Origin: an uncultured Acidobacteriota bacterium
GTDB taxonomy: Bacteria > Acidobacteriota > Polarisedimenticolia > J045
Direction of reading: 5' to 3'
Assembly: GCA_963702545.1 (NCBI GenBank)
Contig: CAVPDB010000002.1
Span: 17,941-81,940 of the forward strand
DNA length: 64,000 nt
In this document: one piece after another, positions 60,273-64,000 of the stretch
Layout of the letters: the number at the start of each line of letters is the position of its first letter
Numbering within the stretch: position 1 is the first letter of the stretch
The notes under the pieces: model-generated
Databases searched by the model: none
Told to the model about the DNA's origin: nothing
What the model saw: only the letters and a program-made list of their open reading frames with translations
Program-made: the position numbers and the translations under genes

Positions 60273-61676
60273 CTACGCCGACGACCAGGCCGCTCCCTTT
60301 GGGTCCGCCCGCCGCGCCTCGCCGCGCTCTTCGAGGTGCACCAGGTGCGCCAGCGCCTGCATCTGCGCCAGCGCGGGCGGGGCCTCCGGCGCGTCGGCGT
60401 AGGCCTCGCGGGCCAGGTCTTCGAGCGGGCGTGGCGCGGGACCGAGCGCCAGCGCGACCTGCGCCTCGCGCTGCGCGCGGTGGGCCAGCGCCCGGGCCGG
60501 CGCGCTGCTGTCGAGGACCGGGCCGTGGGCGGGAAGCACCCGCGCGGCGCCCAGCGCGCGCGCCCGCCGCAGCGACGCCAGGTACGCTCCCATGTCGCCG
60601 CCGTCCGCGAGCGGGATCAGGATCGTCGACATCCCGCTGACCAGGTCGCCGGCGAGCAGCAGCGAGCGACCCTCGACCTCCAGCGCGACGTGGCCGGGGG
60701 CGTGGCCCGGCGTGTGGTGCGCGACGAGCGTCATCCCGCCCAGGTCGAGGCGCGCGCCGTCGGTCAGCTCCGGCCGCGCGGCGAGGTCCGCGTCGAGCGG
60801 GACGCGCGCCAGCGTCTCGGGGTGCGCCAGGACCGGCACGGCCAGCGCGCGAGCCACCGCGGCGGCGCCGGCGACGTGGTCGCGGTGGTGGTGGGTCAGC
60901 AGGACCGCGTGCGGCTGCGCTCCCGTGACCGCGCGGCGGCGGGCGATCACCGCGAGCAGGGCCTGCTGCTCGGCGGGATCGTCGCAGCCGGGGTCGATCA
61001 CGACGAAGCGCGTCCCGCCGGGCATCCAGACGTTGGTGTGGGTGGCGGGCGGGAGCGTGGCGGTCGCGACCGGGTAGAACCAGACGCCGTGCGCGACCTC
61101 GAAGCGCGGGGCCGCGGCGTCGGCCTCGTGATCGGCGCGCAGGCCCGCGGCGAGCGCGACCGGCGCGAGCGTCGGCGGGGCGGCGGCGAGGCTGCGGAAG
61201 AGCGGCGGCAGCGGCGGCGGGGCGGGGAGCGTCCCGGCCTCCCAGCGCCCGACCGCCTCGTGCGCCGGGACGAAACGCAGCTCCTCGATCTCGTCGGGGG
61301 AGGGAAGGCCGGGCGGCTCCGTGCCGGCCGGGACGACCGCGAGGAAGAAGGGGCTGTGGTAGCGCAGCTTCATGAAGGGCGGCGTCGTGCGCACGCCGAT
61401 CGGGTGCAGGTCGCCGGGAGCGACGCGCACGCCGGTCTCCTCCAGCAGCTCGCGCGCGCCGCAGCGGGCGAAGGCGCCGGGATCATCCGGGCGGTCCTGC
61501 TGCTCGACGCGCCCGCCGGGGCAGGCCCAGTGCGACGGGAAGAAACGCGAGCGGCGCGAGCGCAGGCCGAGCAGCAGCTCCCAGCCGCCGGGGCCGCGCC
61601 GGACCACGGCGACGACGGCGCTGTCGATCGGCGTCGACGGGACGGCGGGGGAGAGGCCGTCGGGGAGTTCGCTCAC
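60273..61676 (-). CDS. NUDIX hydrolase fused to MBL-fold metallo-hydrolase
   Basis: 467 aa. N-terminal Nudix box GGRVEQQDRPDDPGAFARCGARELLEETGV. C-terminal metallo-beta-lactamase motifs LTHHHRDHVAGA...HTPGHAPGHV...D...H. Confidence 0.75.
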   Translation of the reverse strand: MSELPDGLSPAVPSTPIDSAVVAVVRRGPGGWELLLGLRSRRSRFFPSHWACPGGRVEQQDRPDDPGAFARCGARELLEETGVRVAPGDLHPIGVRTTPPFMKLRYHSPFFLAVVPAGTEPPGLPSPDEIEELRFVPAHEAVGRWEAGTLPAPPPLPPLFRSLAAAPPTLAPVALAAGLRADHEADAAAPRFEVAHGVWFYPVATATLPPATHTNVWMPGGTRFVVIDPGCDDPAEQQALLAVIARRRAVTGAQPHAVLLTHHHRDHVAGAAAVARALAVPVLAHPETLARVPLDADLAARPELTDGARLDLGGMTLVAHHTPGHAPGHVALEVEGRSLLLAGDLVSGMSTILIPLADGGDMGAYLASLRRARALGAARVLPAHGPVLDSSAPARALAHRAQREAQVALALGPAPRPLEDLAREAYADAPEAPPALAQMQALAHLVHLEERGEARRADPKGAAWSSA

Positions 61677-61709
61677 CCCGGCCTCAGGCCGCTCCGGCGC
61701 CGCGGGCGC

Positions 61710-62957
61710 TCACGCCGCGGCCAGCCGGCCGGCGCGCGCCGCCTCGGCGACCTTGGCGAAGGCGGCGACGACGTCGCCCATCTCCTCCGCGCCGGCGAGC
61801 AGCGTCTCCTGCTTGACCCAGATCGTCGTGTCGCAGAGCTGCCGCGTGACCGGCAGGTCGTAGCTGGCGTAGGGGACGCGGATCGCATCCTTCCATTTAG
61901 GGCCGCCCCAGTGGGTCGGGCGCTCGCCGTACCAGGCGAAGAGCCCCTGCTTGTAGAGCGGCATCGTGTAGCCGGGGTTGGCGGGGATCCCTTCGGCGTG
62001 CAGGGCCTTGATGACCTCGGCCTTCGACGCCGGGATCGTGGCGGGGTCGAGCCGCACCATGAACACGTGGCAGGCGTGGGCGGTGATCCGCGGGTCGTCG
62101 TCGGGGACCAGGAGGCCGGGGATCCGCGCCAGCTCGCGCTGCAGCACCGCCATCGCCGCGCGGCGCCGCTCCTGCTGCGCGGGCAGGCGCTCGAGCATGG
62201 CCAGCAGGATCGCGGCCTGGAACTCCCCGAGGCGCAGGTTGAGGCCGGGGAAGTCGTGGGCGTACCACTCGCCGCCCAGGCGGCGGCCGCAGTTGTGGTA
62301 GCTCCAGGCGCGCTGGAAGGTCGCCTCGTCGTTGGTCAGGACGATCCCCCCCTCGCCGGACGAGATGTTCTTGCTGGACTGGAAGGAGAAGATGCCGGCG
62401 TTGCCGAGCGCGCCGACGGGCGTGCCGCGCCAGGCCGCCATCCAGCCCTGCGCCGCGTCCTCGACCACCGCGAGGCCGTGCCGCTGCGCGGCCGCCAGCA
62501 CGCCGTCCATGTCGGCCGGCCGGCCGCCGATGTGGACCGGCATGATGCAGGTGGTGCGCTCGCTGACGGCGGCGTCGAGCTGGAGCGGGTCGAGGTTGTG
62601 GGTTCCGGGCTCGACGTCGACGAAGACCGGGACCGCGCCGATCTCGACCACCGCCATCGCGCTGGCCATGAAGGTGTACGGGGAGGTGATGACCTCGTCG
62701 CCGGGCTTGACGCCGGCGGCGATCAGCGCGATCTCCAGCGCGATCGTCCCGTTGCAGCAGGCCACGCCGTAGCGGGCGCCCTGCAGCGCCGAGTACTGGC
62801 ACTCGAACTCGCCGACGCGCGGGCCGCCGACCCCCCAGATTCCACCGTGGAGCGCGTCGAGCAGGGCCTTCTCGTCCGAGGCGTCGAAGGTGGGCCACTT
62901 GGGCCAGGGGCGGGTACGGACCGGGGTGCCGCCGTGCAGGGCGAGGGTGTCGGGCAT
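61710..62957 (-). CDS. DegT/DnrJ/EryC1/StrS-family PLP-dependent aminotransferase
   Basis: Internal start MPDTLALHGGTPVRTRPWPKW (ATG 62957) of ORF 61710..63320(-). Fold-type I aminotransferase motifs include SFQSSKNISSGEGG (PLP Lys). Confidence 0.8.
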   Translation of the reverse strand: MPDTLALHGGTPVRTRPWPKWPTFDASDEKALLDALHGGIWGVGGPRVGEFECQYSALQGARYGVACCNGTIALEIALIAAGVKPGDEVITSPYTFMASAMAVVEIGAVPVFVDVEPGTHNLDPLQLDAAVSERTTCIMPVHIGGRPADMDGVLAAAQRHGLAVVEDAAQGWMAAWRGTPVGALGNAGIFSFQSSKNISSGEGGIVLTNDEATFQRAWSYHNCGRRLGGEWYAHDFPGLNLRLGEFQAAILLAMLERLPAQQERRRAAMAVLQRELARIPGLLVPDDDPRITAHACHVFMVRLDPATIPASKAEVIKALHAEGIPANPGYTMPLYKQGLFAWYGERPTHWGGPKWKDAIRVPYASYDLPVTRQLCDTTIWVKQETLLAGAEEMGDVVAAFAKVAEAARAGRLAAA

Positions 62958-63610
62958 CGGGCGCGGTCTCCAGGGCGCGGGATCGGCCCCGGCATCATGG
63001 GGAGCGGGGCCGGGGAGGGCAAGATGGGGCCGGGGGCGGGGGCGGGGCCACGCGGGGAGGAGCGGGAGCGGGGCGGGGGAGCGGCGGGGCGAGGCGGAAG
63101 GCAGGGGCGGGGCGGGGCGCGGTGGTGGGCCGCGGGGCGGGTGGAGCAGGCCGGGCGGGGCGCAATGGAAGCCAGGCGGCCGACGCGCGGGGGATGGGGC
63201 CCCGAGCTTGTGGCGAGCGCGGGCCGCGCGGTCGGCCGACGCCGAGCTCGGGGCGCAACGATTCGAAACGGAGTCGGGTCGAATGCACTTCGGCCGACAA
63301 CGGAGCCGCATTGTGTGCACCTTTTCGGCGGCTCAAGGTCCATCGCAGCGCGATCCGGTACGCGGCGCAGCGCCTAAGTCGTTGATCCGCGCGCGCGCAG
63401 CGAGTTCTCCCGGGCTGTAGGGTGCACATGACCGGGCTCCGTCCGAGGCGATGTGCATTCGACCGGGCTCTGTGAGGGGGGCGGCGCTTCTGCGACGGGC
63501 CGGGAGCCTCGCGGCGGAGTTGCGGGCAACCGCCGCGCACCACGCTGCACCGGCCGCTCTTCACCTCGCGCTCGGCCGCGCCGGCACGCCGCCGCCGATC
63601 TCCGTCCCCG

Positions 63611-63666
63611 CCCCACGCCGTCCCCGCCCCGCGCACGCCGCCCCACGCCGTCCCCGCCCCGCGCAC
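63611..63666. repeat. Tandem repeat, 2 units (26-bp unit, 30-bp period) of a C-rich CCCCACGCCGTCCCCGCCCCGCGCAC motif
   Basis: Read directly at 63611-63636 and 63641-63666. It is embedded in a longer poly-C/G tract just upstream of tatD. Confidence 0.7.
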
Positions 63667-63732
63667 CACTCCCGACCCCACCCCCGTCCCGCGCACTCCC
63701 ACTCTACCCCACCCCACCCTACAATCTTCGCG

Positions 63733-64000
63733 TGCTGATCGACGCTCACGCGCACTTGGCCGACGCGGCCTTCGCGGAGGATCTGCCGGAGGTGCTGGCC
63801 GCCGCGCGCGCGGCGGGGGTGGCGCGGATCGTCGCGGTGGGGGAGACGCTGGAGGACGCGCAGCGGCTGATCGCGCTGGCGGAGCGGCACGCGGAGATCG
63901 CCCCCGCGGCCGGGCTCTACCCGACGCACCTGGAGTCCGGACGCGCTCGAGGCGATGGAGGCCTTCGTGCGCGCGCACCGCGACCGGCTGGTCGCCGTCG
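63733..64000 (+). CDS. TatD-family hydrolase, 5' part (continues beyond window end); probable frameshift near 63945
   Basis: GTG at 63733: VLIDAHAHLADAAFAEDLPEVLAAARAAGVARIVAVGETLEDAQRLIALAERHAEIAPAAGLYPTHLES. Then DALEAMEAFVRAHRDRLVAV appears in the +1 frame. A TACAAT -10-like hexamer sits about 12 nt upstream. Confidence 0.6.

Noticed and set aside
63600-63710. C-rich repeats as a CRISPR array
   Set aside because: Only two units with a 4-nt spacer, no unique spacers and no cas genes; it is a simple tandem duplication in a homopolymeric tract.

Overview
Very GC-rich (roughly 70% by eye) bacterial chromosomal window, probably an Acidobacteriota- or Gemmatimonadota-like genome, since a VWFA-related acidobacterial-type domain protein is present. 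Housekeeping content: a cofactor-independent phosphoglycerate mutase; lepA; gdhA; an 11-gene NADH dehydrogenase (nuo) cluster running A-C-D-E-F-G-H-J-K-L-N; addA/addB; TolC, ExbB and OppD/OppF transport parts; mltF. Accessory content: two VapBC toxin-antitoxin modules; a DUF4143 ATPase; a Ser/Thr kinase; and a lower-GC, gene-decayed stretch at about 10.9-19.6 kb. That stretch holds a multiply frameshifted GH13 amylase gene, a Kelch beta-propeller, a truncated group II intron reverse-transcriptase remnant, and two near-identical 79-bp direct repeats flanking a VWA-domain gene. The most unusual system is a tightly coupled four-gene AmmeMemoRadiSam operon (AmrB-AmrA fusion, DUF362, AmrS radical SAM, small zinc-ribbon protein). 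Its AmrB-AmrA fusion, DUF362 and AmrS proteins all carry Sec or Tat export signals. Other oddities: the nuo cluster lacks nuoB, nuoI and nuoM; gdhA has an in-frame TAG at a conserved Tyr codon; and at least ten genes carry single-base frame shifts, mostly in short G/C runs. This points to an error-prone assembly, or less likely to genome decay. The long ORFs in the six-frame track that are antisense or off-frame to these genes are high-GC artefacts and were not called.
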